Positions 18,323 through 26,160 of a stretch of DNA of 64,000 bases are shown piece by piece. Origin of the DNA: an uncultured Enterobacterales bacterium (lineage in GTDB: Bacteria > Myxococcota_A > UBA796 > UBA2385); assembly GCA_964464515.1 (NCBI GenBank), contig CAYXGP010000001.1, positions 69,984 to 133,983 of the forward strand, written 5' to 3'. The notes beneath the pieces were generated by a model. It made no database searches, was not told the origin of the DNA, and was given only the letters and a program-made list of their open reading frames with translations. Numbering within the stretch: position 1 is the first letter of the stretch; every line of letters starts with the position of its first letter. The position numbers and the translations under genes were made by a program.

Positions 18323-19855
18323 TCACGTGAGCTGGTGGCTCTTCTTCAGCTCGGTGTAGACGAGGTTGGAGACCCCGCGGATCACCTTCGAGCGAGCGCC
18401 GATCCAGCTCCCGTAGTTGCTGGCGCGGCTGGTTTTCTCGATGATGCCCACGATGATGTACGGGAACGCCTTGGCCGACGTCCGGCGCGCCACCAGTATT
18501 CCCATGTCGCCGCACAGTCGCGAGGTGCTCCCGGTCTTGTTGTAGACCTTGGTGCCCGACGGGATCGCCGGCGCCCCGGTGTAGATCCGGTTGCGACTGG
18601 GCAGGTTCATCAGCCGCTTCAGCTCGGTGGAGTGGGGAAGCTGGTCGCGCCAGAGCGCGCGGAGGAAGCGCCCGTAGTCCGAGGCCGACGCGCGGTTGCG
18701 GTAGGTGCGCCCTGAGGCTCCGATGTACTCGACGATGTGGGTGTGCGGCAGCAGCGTCCCGTAGTGCTTCGACAGGATGCGCTGAACGCCGGAGGGCCCC
18801 CCCGCCTTGGACATCACCCAGTCGGTCGAGGTGTTGCTGCTCTTCTGGATCATCGCCTCGCAGCGGGTGCGGCTGACCGGCCCATAGACCAGCTTTCCGC
18901 GATCGGCCTGGTGCAGGAACGCCAGCGCCACCAGCGGCTTGACCATCGACGCGCACTGGCGCGACGCCGTCGCGTTGATCGCAGCCAGCGATCTGTCTGC
19001 GGACAGATCGAACACCAGCCAGCTCGTCTTCTCGTCGGAGGCGACCCTCCCGTTGGCGCGGAGCTTGCGCACGTGGGTGTTGATGGCCTTCGACAGCCCC
19101 GAGCCGTAGGTGCTCATGTCCGTGGTCCGGACCGGCGTCTTCGGGGGGGTCCTGGGCGGCGTCTTCGGGGGGGTCTTCGGCGGAGTGGCGGGGGGCTTGT
19201 CGGGCGTTGGCGCCAGATCGCTGCTGGAGTCCGACCAGACGATCGGGTTGTTGCGCTCCTTGATGAACGACGCCGAGATCCCCGAGCGCCGGAGCAGGCG
19301 GGCGTGGCGCTCGGCGGCCTGCCGGGTGTTCTGCAGCTCGCCGTAGCGCTTGTAGACCAGGGCGTAGTTGCCGTGGGCGGTCTTCTCGATCACCAGCCGA
19401 CGGGCGACGCCGGTACCCAGCAGCGCCGAGACCTGCGTGAAGTGCCGCTTCAGCTCGCTGAGGTTCGGACCCAGCCCGTAGCTGATGTTGTACAGGATGG
19501 ATGTGCTGTCCGAGGCCACCGCCGTCGCCAGCTCTTCGTCGGTGTCGTAGGTGGTCTTGAGGAGGGCGTCCTGCAGGAGCGCGCGCTTGCGCACCTCGGC
19601 CGCGCTGCCCCGCAGCGGCAGGAGCACTCCGAACCGCTCGCCGTCGGTCCGCACCACCACGAACTCCCGGGCGACCTCTGCGCCGAGCACACCCTCCAGC
19701 TCGTCCAGCTGATCGAGGGCCGCGTCCAGATCGGCATGCCACCCGTAGACGATGTCCCAGGTGCCCGCGGCCGCCGCGGGGAGCGCCGCCAGGGTGCCCC
19801 ACGCGGTCGCCCCGAGCAGGACGACTCGTCGGGTCGGTCCGTTTCTTCGCTCCAT
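18323..19855 (-). CDS. Exported serine hydrolase (class A beta-lactamase/PBP fold) with tandem N-terminal SPOR-like domains and Pro/Thr linker
   Basis: SMVK (SxxK), SSN (SxN), KTG; RR-type leader TRRVVLLG; TPPKTPPKTPPRTPPKTP linker. Confidence 0.85.
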   Translation of the reverse strand: MERRNGPTRRVVLLGATAWGTLAALPAAAAGTWDIVYGWHADLDAALDQLDELEGVLGAEVAREFVVVRTDGERFGVLLPLRGSAAEVRKRALLQDALLKTTYDTDEELATAVASDSTSILYNISYGLGPNLSELKRHFTQVSALLGTGVARRLVIEKTAHGNYALVYKRYGELQNTRQAAERHARLLRRSGISASFIKERNNPIVWSDSSSDLAPTPDKPPATPPKTPPKTPPRTPPKTPVRTTDMSTYGSGLSKAINTHVRKLRANGRVASDEKTSWLVFDLSADRSLAAINATASRQCASMVKPLVALAFLHQADRGKLVYGPVSRTRCEAMIQKSSNTSTDWVMSKAGGPSGVQRILSKHYGTLLPHTHIVEYIGASGRTYRNRASASDYGRFLRALWRDQLPHSTELKRLMNLPSRNRIYTGAPAIPSGTKVYNKTGSTSRLCGDMGILVARRTSAKAFPYIIVGIIEKTSRASNYGSWIGARSKVIRGVSNLVYTELKKSHQLT

Positions 19856-19941
19856 CCTTTCACCGCTCCTCGACACCCGATCCCGGGATGGGCAGCGCCC
19901 GATGCACCCCTTCAACCCAACGCGCACCTGCCGAGCCGCAT

Positions 19942-20964
19942 TCACCCGCCGCTGTCGATCATAGTAGCGGACCCGCCCGCGCCGGGGGCGGACCCGGGCC
20001 ACCGCGTGAGGACAAGAGACGGCGGCAGACGCGAGACCGTGGTCCGGCTGCGGGTGTCGAAGATCACCGTGTCGTGCCCGGCCGACGCGATCACCAGCAG
20101 GGGACCATCCACCAGCAGCGAGACCCCGGCGCCTCGGGGCAGCCGCACCGGGACCTCCCGCCAGCGATCTGACGAGCGATGGAGGATGGGCGTGGTCGGC
20201 TCGCTACCTTCCAGCCACCACGCGACGGCGCCCGCCTCGTTGTCGGAGATCTGCCATCCACCGGCGCGGCTCGGGCGCCAGCGAGACAGGCGCCGGGACT
20301 CCTGCGCCCCCGGCTCGCGCGCCTGACGCGGCATGTTCGGCAGCACCGCGCCTGCCTCTGGGAGCGACGCGGGATCGTCCAGCGCGAGCTCAGCCTCGTC
20401 GTCGTCGGTCGTGAGCGCCGTGTCCAGGCGACGCCAGCCGGCCGGTCCGAGCTGGTAGCTGTGGGCCAGCGCCACCGGACCCATCGTCTGATGATCGTCG
20501 TCTACGTAATAGCGCTCCCCCGCGAAGCGGATCACGAGCGTGCCGTGATGCTGCTCGCGTCGAAGCGAGCGATCCACCGTGAGGGCGATCGGCTGTCCCT
20601 CCCGATAGCCCAGGTCGCGCACGCCACCCCGCGGCGGAGACGGCAGGGGAGTGGCGCCGGCCGACGCCTCCGCGAACTGCACCTCCTGCGTCGGCCCCTG
20701 CTCGCCACCCCACCACATGAGCACCCTCTCGAACCCCGGCGCCCAGACCAGCGTGATGTCGTCGGAACATGCAGGCGCCGACGAGGTGAGCAGTTCGCAC
20801 GTGGGCGGCGCCGTCTCGTAGCGCACCCAGGCGCAGTCCCCGTCGGACTCCAGCGCCGCGAGCGCGATCGCGTGGGGCGCGGGCTGCGGCCGAGAGCGAC
20901 AGGCGAGCAGCCCCACCGACGCGATGACCACCCACGCGCACGTTCCCCCCAGACGGCCCGTCAC
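19942..20964 (-). CDS. Hypothetical lipoprotein
   Basis: Lipobox-like GLLAC; 6 bp downstream of the DAGK-like gene on the same strand. Confidence 0.65.
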   Translation of the reverse strand: MTGRLGGTCAWVVIASVGLLACRSRPQPAPHAIALAALESDGDCAWVRYETAPPTCELLTSSAPACSDDITLVWAPGFERVLMWWGGEQGPTQEVQFAEASAGATPLPSPPRGGVRDLGYREGQPIALTVDRSLRREQHHGTLVIRFAGERYYVDDDHQTMGPVALAHSYQLGPAGWRRLDTALTTDDDEAELALDDPASLPEAGAVLPNMPRQAREPGAQESRRLSRWRPSRAGGWQISDNEAGAVAWWLEGSEPTTPILHRSSDRWREVPVRLPRGAGVSLLVDGPLLVIASAGHDTVIFDTRSRTTVSRLPPSLVLTRWPGSAPGAGGSATMIDSGG

Positions 20965-20970
20965 GCGCTC

Positions 20971-21873
20971 CTACCCCGTGACGAAGCGGAGGATGGGGCC
21001 GGGCGAGACGACCAGCCGCCGCCCGCCCTGGAGGAAGTCGCCGTCCAACATGTACCCCTGGGCCTCATCGGCCTCGATGACGAGCCGCTGCGCGAGGCGC
21101 TCGATGATATCGGGGCGGGCCGGCGAGCGCCCCATCCAGATCCGCGGCATCGACAGCGCCACCGCCGCCGGGGAGCAGGAGTAGCCGACGACGTGCATGT
21201 GTCCGGGGCGCTCAGGTGCGCGGTAGAACGGCCGGAATCCGAGCCCCAGGTCGGGCAGCATGCCCGCGGCCACGGCGGACCACTCCGGGGGTCCGAACCT
21301 CTCGTCGTCGGCGTCGACCCGGCAGGGGACCGGCGCGAACATCTCCCGAGCGAAGCTGCCGCCGACGAGCGCGCTGCCCACCGTCTGCGCGAGGGTCTGC
21401 GCGGCCCGCGCGGGCCCCGGGACGCCCTCCGCGTAGTAGGCCTTGAGGAAACGAGCCAGGACGCCGGTGCCGAAGAAGAACCCCACCTGGGCGCCGTCCA
21501 CCAGCAGGGGGCGCCGCTCGACTGTCCTGGGCGCGCCCGCCGTCAGGCGACGGAGCTGCGCGAACGGACTGGCGCGGATCCCGAGGTTGCGTGCGACGGT
21601 GTTCATCGAGCCGCCGCGCAGCAGGGAGAAGGCCGGGAAGTCTCTCTGCCGGACGGCCAGGAAGGCGCTGAGGACCTTGTGGAGCGTGCCGTCTCCGCCG
21701 TCGACGGCCACCACGTCTGCGTCGGTCTCGGCGGCCAGCCCGCGGAGGGTGCCCAGATCTTCGGGCTGGTGCAGCACCCCTCCGGGCGGCAGCAGCTCCT
21801 GGAGGCGTCTGACCCGCCCCGGATCGCGCCGGTTGCGTCCGCTGCGGGGATTGCTGATCAACAGAACCTGCAC
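20971..21873 (-). CDS. Diacylglycerol/lipid kinase family protein
   Basis: ISNPRSG, GGDGTL, GGSMNTVARNLG, LDGD. Confidence 0.88.
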   Translation of the reverse strand: MQVLLISNPRSGRNRRDPGRVRRLQELLPPGGVLHQPEDLGTLRGLAAETDADVVAVDGGDGTLHKVLSAFLAVRQRDFPAFSLLRGGSMNTVARNLGIRASPFAQLRRLTAGAPRTVERRPLLVDGAQVGFFFGTGVLARFLKAYYAEGVPGPARAAQTLAQTVGSALVGGSFAREMFAPVPCRVDADDERFGPPEWSAVAAGMLPDLGLGFRPFYRAPERPGHMHVVGYSCSPAAVALSMPRIWMGRSPARPDIIERLAQRLVIEADEAQGYMLDGDFLQGGRRLVVSPGPILRFVTG

Positions 21874-21874
21874 C

Positions 21875-22846
21875 TCAGCCCCCGTCGGTCAGCGCCGCAG
21901 CGACCTCGACGCCGCGCCCGAACAGGCCGAACAGCCCCCCGGTGTGCCAGAACAGAGTCCGCCGCCCCAGCGCGCCGGCCGCGCCCATCGCCTCCAGCCC
22001 CGCCCAGGCCTTCCCCGTGTAGACAGGGTCGAGGAGCAGACCAGACTCCCGCGCGACGGTGGCCAGGCCGCGCAGCTCGTCTGGCGTGCTGAGAGCGTAC
22101 CCGCGCCCGACGAAGCCCTCGATGATCTCCCAGCGCTCACCCGGCGGCGGCAGGCGGAGGCCGAACCGCTCCGCGGCGAGACCGATCTCCTGCACGCGGC
22201 GGCGGAACGTCGCGCGATCGTCGCACACCGCGACGCCCAGCACCCGCGGAGCGAGATCCGCCAGCGCGAGCCCGGCCACGGTGCCGCCTGATCCCACGGC
22301 GCAGACCACCGTGTCGAACGCGAGGCTCCGCGCGGCGCACTGCGCCGTCAGCTCCCGACCGGCGTCGACGAACCCCAGGGCCCCACGCGCGTTGGAGCCC
22401 CCCTCCGGGATGACGTGAGGCCGCTCTCCCCGCGCGGTCAACCGGGCAGCGATCTCCGCCATCCGCTCGCCACGCTGCCGATAGCCCTCCGGGCTCGTCC
22501 AGTGGATCTCCGCGCCGAGCACATGATCCAGCAGGAGGTTGCCGTCGGGTACTCGCGGCGGAGTGCCGCGCAGCAGCAGCACCGGCCGAAGACCCACGAT
22601 GCGCGCAGCGACCGCGGTGGCGCGGCAGTGGTTGGACTGGATCCCCCCGCAGGTGATCACGCAGGTCGCCCCCAGCGCGCGCGCCTCGGCGAGCAGATGG
22701 CGCAGCTTCCGGACCTTGTTGCCGCTCAGCCCCAGGCCGGTGAGGTCATCGCGCTTGACCCAGACCTCCACGCCCAGCCGAGCGCTGGCAGCGGGTAGCG
22801 GCTCCAGGGGGGTGTCCAGGCGGCCGAGGGGGAGGGGTTCGATCAT
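21875..22846 (-). CDS. D-cysteine desulfhydrase / ACC deaminase family PLP enzyme
   Basis: VKRDDLTG...SGNKVRKL, GGIQSNH, IPEGGSN, GSGGT, LDPVYTGKA. Confidence 0.93.
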   Translation of the reverse strand: MIEPLPLGRLDTPLEPLPAASARLGVEVWVKRDDLTGLGLSGNKVRKLRHLLAEARALGATCVITCGGIQSNHCRATAVAARIVGLRPVLLLRGTPPRVPDGNLLLDHVLGAEIHWTSPEGYRQRGERMAEIAARLTARGERPHVIPEGGSNARGALGFVDAGRELTAQCAARSLAFDTVVCAVGSGGTVAGLALADLAPRVLGVAVCDDRATFRRRVQEIGLAAERFGLRLPPPGERWEIIEGFVGRGYALSTPDELRGLATVARESGLLLDPVYTGKAWAGLEAMGAAGALGRRTLFWHTGGLFGLFGRGVEVAAALTDGG

Positions 22847-22896
22847 GGCGGGGATGATATTCGGTTGCCGGGCCCGCCGGTCCGCTCCGGAGGAGA

Positions 22897-23646
22897 ATGA
22901 TCTCGCTGATCGCCGTCACCTGTGATCGCCGCGGGTACCGCGCGGCATCCAGGCCGAACGCCGCCGGTCGGGTGCGTCCGAAGCGCGCCGAGATCCACGT
23001 CGGCGAGCACGTCGTGACGCTGCTGCGACAGGCCGGCGCGGAGCCACTCCTGCTCCCGCCGCACGACGGCGACCCGAGCGCGCTCATCGCGCAGATCCTC
23101 CGCCTCTGCGCCGGGGTCGTCATCACCGGCGGGGCGTTCGACATCCACCCCGCGCGCTACGGCCAGACGGTCGAGACGCGGCTCGATCGAGTAGACGAGG
23201 GCCGCACCGGGCTGGAGCTGGAGCTGGCGTCAGCCTGCCTGTCCACGGACACTCCGCTCCTCGGACTCTGCGGCGGGATGCAGATCCTCGCGGTCGCCGC
23301 CGGGGGCACCCTGGTCCAGGACATCTCCGCCGAGATCCCCGACGCGCTGGAGCACGAGCAGCCCACCGATCCCGCCGAGTCATGGCACCCCGTGCTCCTC
23401 GAGCGCGGCCACCTGCGCGCCGCGTACGGTCGACGCGAGATCGCGGTCAATTCCACCCACCACCAGGCGGTCCGGGATCCGGGCCGGCTGCGCATCACCG
23501 GACGCAGCCCCGACGGAGTGGTAGAGGCCATCGAGCTGGACGAGCACCCGTTCGCGGTGGGTGTCCAGTGGCACCCTGAGCTGCTCGGAGCCACCCCGCT
23601 GGACGCGCTCGTCGCGGCGGCCCGGCGCGCACGCCCGCCAGCCTGA
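22897..23646 (+). CDS. Gamma-glutamyl-gamma-aminobutyrate hydrolase family (peptidase C26, PuuD-like)
   Basis: ITGGAFDI, LGLCGGMQ, VNSTHHQAV, GVQWHPE. Confidence 0.92.
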   Translation: MISLIAVTCDRRGYRAASRPNAAGRVRPKRAEIHVGEHVVTLLRQAGAEPLLLPPHDGDPSALIAQILRLCAGVVITGGAFDIHPARYGQTVETRLDRVDEGRTGLELELASACLSTDTPLLGLCGGMQILAVAAGGTLVQDISAEIPDALEHEQPTDPAESWHPVLLERGHLRAAYGRREIAVNSTHHQAVRDPGRLRITGRSPDGVVEAIELDEHPFAVGVQWHPELLGATPLDALVAAARRARPPA

Positions 23647-23668
23647 ACCGGATCCGGCCGGATCCGGT
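23647..23668. terminator. Perfect 22-bp palindrome ACCGGATCCGGCCGGATCCGGT between convergent genes
   Basis: Self reverse-complementary; starts immediately after the C26 stop codon. Confidence 0.5.
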
Positions 23669-23719
23669 GGCGAGATCAGGCCCTCCGAGAGCGCAGCCGC
23701 TCAGGTGCGTCCGCCGCTG

Positions 23720-23754
23720 CTCAGGAACATCTGCCACTACTCAGGAACATCTGC
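23720..23754. repeat. 15-bp direct repeat CTCAGGAACATCTGC duplicating the last five sense codons of the PEGA gene beyond its stop
   Basis: Copies at 23720-23734 and 23740-23754. Confidence 0.9.
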
Positions 23755-24087
23755 GGGGCCCCAGCTCCCGGAGAGCCCGTGGGTCTGGACCATCACCGCC
23801 GTGTGAGTCAGCGAAGGTTCTCCCAGGAGACGGCGGCGCCAGCGAAACGGACCGAGCCACTGGCGGAGGTCGATGTCCATCCCGCGGTAGCCGGACGCCT
23901 CGAGCTGGGCGATCTCGGAGCCCCAGGGCCACCAGCGAGCCCGCAGCTCCACAGGGGTCGCCCCCACGTCACGACCGCGGTAGGTCACCGTCGCGCCCAG
24001 GGGTTCACTCCTCACCTGCACGCGGTGGGCACACCCCGGGGTCATCCCCGCGAGGATCAGACAGCCCAGCATCAGCCCACCGCGCAT
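23737..24087 (-). CDS. PEGA-domain lipoprotein
   Basis: Lipobox-like TPGC; VRSEPLGATV...GATP PEGA signature. Confidence 0.75.
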   Translation of the reverse strand: MRGGLMLGCLILAGMTPGCAHRVQVRSEPLGATVTYRGRDVGATPVELRARWWPWGSEIAQLEASGYRGMDIDLRQWLGPFRWRRRLLGEPSLTHTAVMVQTHGLSGSWGPADVPE

Positions 24088-24118
24088 CCCGCTCCCATGC
24101 TCCGCCAGGGGTATTCCA

Positions 24119-24583
24119 TTGACGGCCCGCCTACCCCTCCTCTTCCTGGTGTCCGTCCTCCCCGGACTCTTCGGCTGCGGCGCAGCGCGCACCCGCACCA
24201 TCGCGGACGAGCTGCGCAACGACAGCAAGGAGCAGCAGTTCCTCCACGACAGCGTACGTCTGCACTGGGATGGACGTCGCTGGGGCGACGGCGCGCGCGC
24301 ATCGGAGTTCCTGGAGGACGGCGGCGATCGGCTGCTGTTCCAGGACTGGCTGGAGACCGAGCGGGAGCGCATCCGCCTGGTGGATATCACCATTCTCAAG
24401 GTGGAGATCTCCGACGCAGATATGGAAGCGGCCGACGGCCACATCCGCACCGGCACCGCGCATCTGCGCGTTGAGGGCTACACCCTGCCGGCCCAGATCG
24501 TCGAGAAGAAGCGCGTCGAGCAGGAGTGGTACCGCTCCACGAGCGGCTGGTGGGTGATCTGGGAAGAACCCGCGGCGGAGTAG
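24119..24583 (+). CDS. Hypothetical lipoprotein
   Basis: LFGC lipobox; globular composition; TTG start. Confidence 0.7.
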   Translation: MTARLPLLFLVSVLPGLFGCGAARTRTIADELRNDSKEQQFLHDSVRLHWDGRRWGDGARASEFLEDGGDRLLFQDWLETERERIRLVDITILKVEISDADMEAADGHIRTGTAHLRVEGYTLPAQIVEKKRVEQEWYRSTSGWWVIWEEPAAE

Positions 24584-24808
24584 CCGATTTCGGCAGCCCT
24601 CGGTGTCACTGTAGTCCTGGCGTTGACGCGAACGAATCGCTGACTACTCCCAGGCGACGGGTTCGCATCGCCTCCTGCCACTCCTGGCTGGCCAGAATAA
24701 AGCGATAAAGCTGTTTTAAAGGTGTTTTTCTGAGAACCCTCGTGGGTGGTTCCGCCGCCGCTGCTCTCAGCATCTGCTCCCATGAAGAAATTTTCCCGGA
24801 GGTTTTCT

Positions 24809-24835
24809 TTAACTCCAGTTCAAATCATCCGATAA
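24809..24835 (+). promoter_or_regulatory. Possible sigma-28-type promoter
   Basis: TCCGATAA at 24828-24835 (consensus GCCGATAA); weak TTAA at the -35 position; AT-rich island. Confidence 0.3.
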
Positions 24836-24886
24836 GGAATTTGAGGTAGTCCCTGCTTGATGGGCCTTCTAGTCCCAGAGGATGCC

Positions 24887-25654
24887 ATGTCGATGCATTC
24901 CACCAGCTTCTCCACCCCCCAGATCACCGGTGTGCTCGCGGGCTCAACCACCAGCGATCGACGTCAACAAAGCCCGTCCGGAGCCGGGGATGGCGGCCCT
25001 ACCGGGGTTGTTCTCGAGCTCTCGGCCCAGGCCCGAGGGCACCTCGATGAGTCCGATCAGGGACGCGCGGAGGCCGTCAAGGCCCGCATGGCCGAGATCG
25101 CCGCGGAGCTCTCCGAGAACCTCCCCGGCGGTAAGGACGACGCCGATCTTCCCGGGCTTGAGAGCCCCCTCGCGCTGGAGTCGGACGAGCGCGCTGCAGT
25201 CGAGGATCTCCGTCGTCGCGACGCAGCGGTCAAGGCACGCAGTACAGCCCACATCCAGGCGGCTGGCGGCTTCGCGCAGACCAACCCCAGCTACACGTTC
25301 GAGACCGGTCCCGATGGTCGCCGCTACGCGGTCGACGCTGACATCCACATCAGCGCCAACGCCGGCGGCAACTCCCCCGACGGCTTGCGACAGGCCGCGC
25401 AACGGATCCGCATCGCGGCCCTCGGCGCTGTCTCCGGTGCCTCTGGCGACGACCACGCGATCGCCGCCAGCGCTGCGGAGATGGAGATGCGCGCAGCGCA
25501 GGCCAGCCAGCCGGGAGAGACCCACATCGAGCTGCCGATGGCCGCAGAGCTGCAGACGGGAATCGGCACGGATCCGAGCCGCTCCGGTCTGAGCGCGAGC
25601 AAGCAGATCGCCCGCTACGCCAACGGCGCGGCTCCGACAGACTTCACCACCTGA
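24887..25654 (+). CDS. SprA-related family protein with degenerate HExxH
   Basis: RDAAVKARSTAH, PSYTFETGPDGRRYAV, IRIAAL, DHAIAASA; ATG 24887 after AGAGG. Confidence 0.8.
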   Translation: MSMHSTSFSTPQITGVLAGSTTSDRRQQSPSGAGDGGPTGVVLELSAQARGHLDESDQGRAEAVKARMAEIAAELSENLPGGKDDADLPGLESPLALESDERAAVEDLRRRDAAVKARSTAHIQAAGGFAQTNPSYTFETGPDGRRYAVDADIHISANAGGNSPDGLRQAAQRIRIAALGAVSGASGDDHAIAASAAEMEMRAAQASQPGETHIELPMAAELQTGIGTDPSRSGLSASKQIARYANGAAPTDFTT

Positions 25655-25734
25655 GGCCGCACAACCTGACGCGCTCGATCTGAGCGTGGCTCAAGCTGAC
25701 GCGGCGCTGACCTGATGACGTGCTCCGGGCGGGC

Positions 25735-26067
25735 TCACTCGCAGACCCGCTCGCACACCTCTGGCAGTCGCCCCATGGTGAAGTCTTCACAGGCCAGGGT
25801 CTCGAGCTGCGCGACGCAGGCCTCCGCGGCGTCGCGATCGTGATCACAGGAGGTCTCCACCGCCTCCTTGCTGGTGGCGATCGCCACCTGGCACTCATCC
25901 TCGTCGCTGTAGTCCGTCCCGTCGATGACCTCCTCGGGCCAGCACTCGAAGACCTTGTCACAGAAGACCTCTGAGTACTGCCGGGTGAACCGCGACGCGT
26001 TCATCCCACAGCCTGACAGCGTCACCAGCAACAGGCTTCGCGCCGCCGCCCTCCTGCCCCGCTGCAT
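25735..26067 (-). CDS. Small Cys-rich acidic lipoprotein
   Basis: LSGC lipobox; 8 Cys in the mature part. Confidence 0.7.
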   Translation of the reverse strand: MQRGRRAAARSLLLVTLSGCGMNASRFTRQYSEVFCDKVFECWPEEVIDGTDYSDEDECQVAIATSKEAVETSCDHDRDAAEACVAQLETLACEDFTMGRLPEVCERVCE

Positions 26068-26160
26068 GCGCCCTCCATGTTCATCATCTGGGGTTCATTT
26101 CGCAGACGGACAGAAACAGCCCGCCTCTGGCTGCGCGGTTCCCATATACATCATGGAGCG

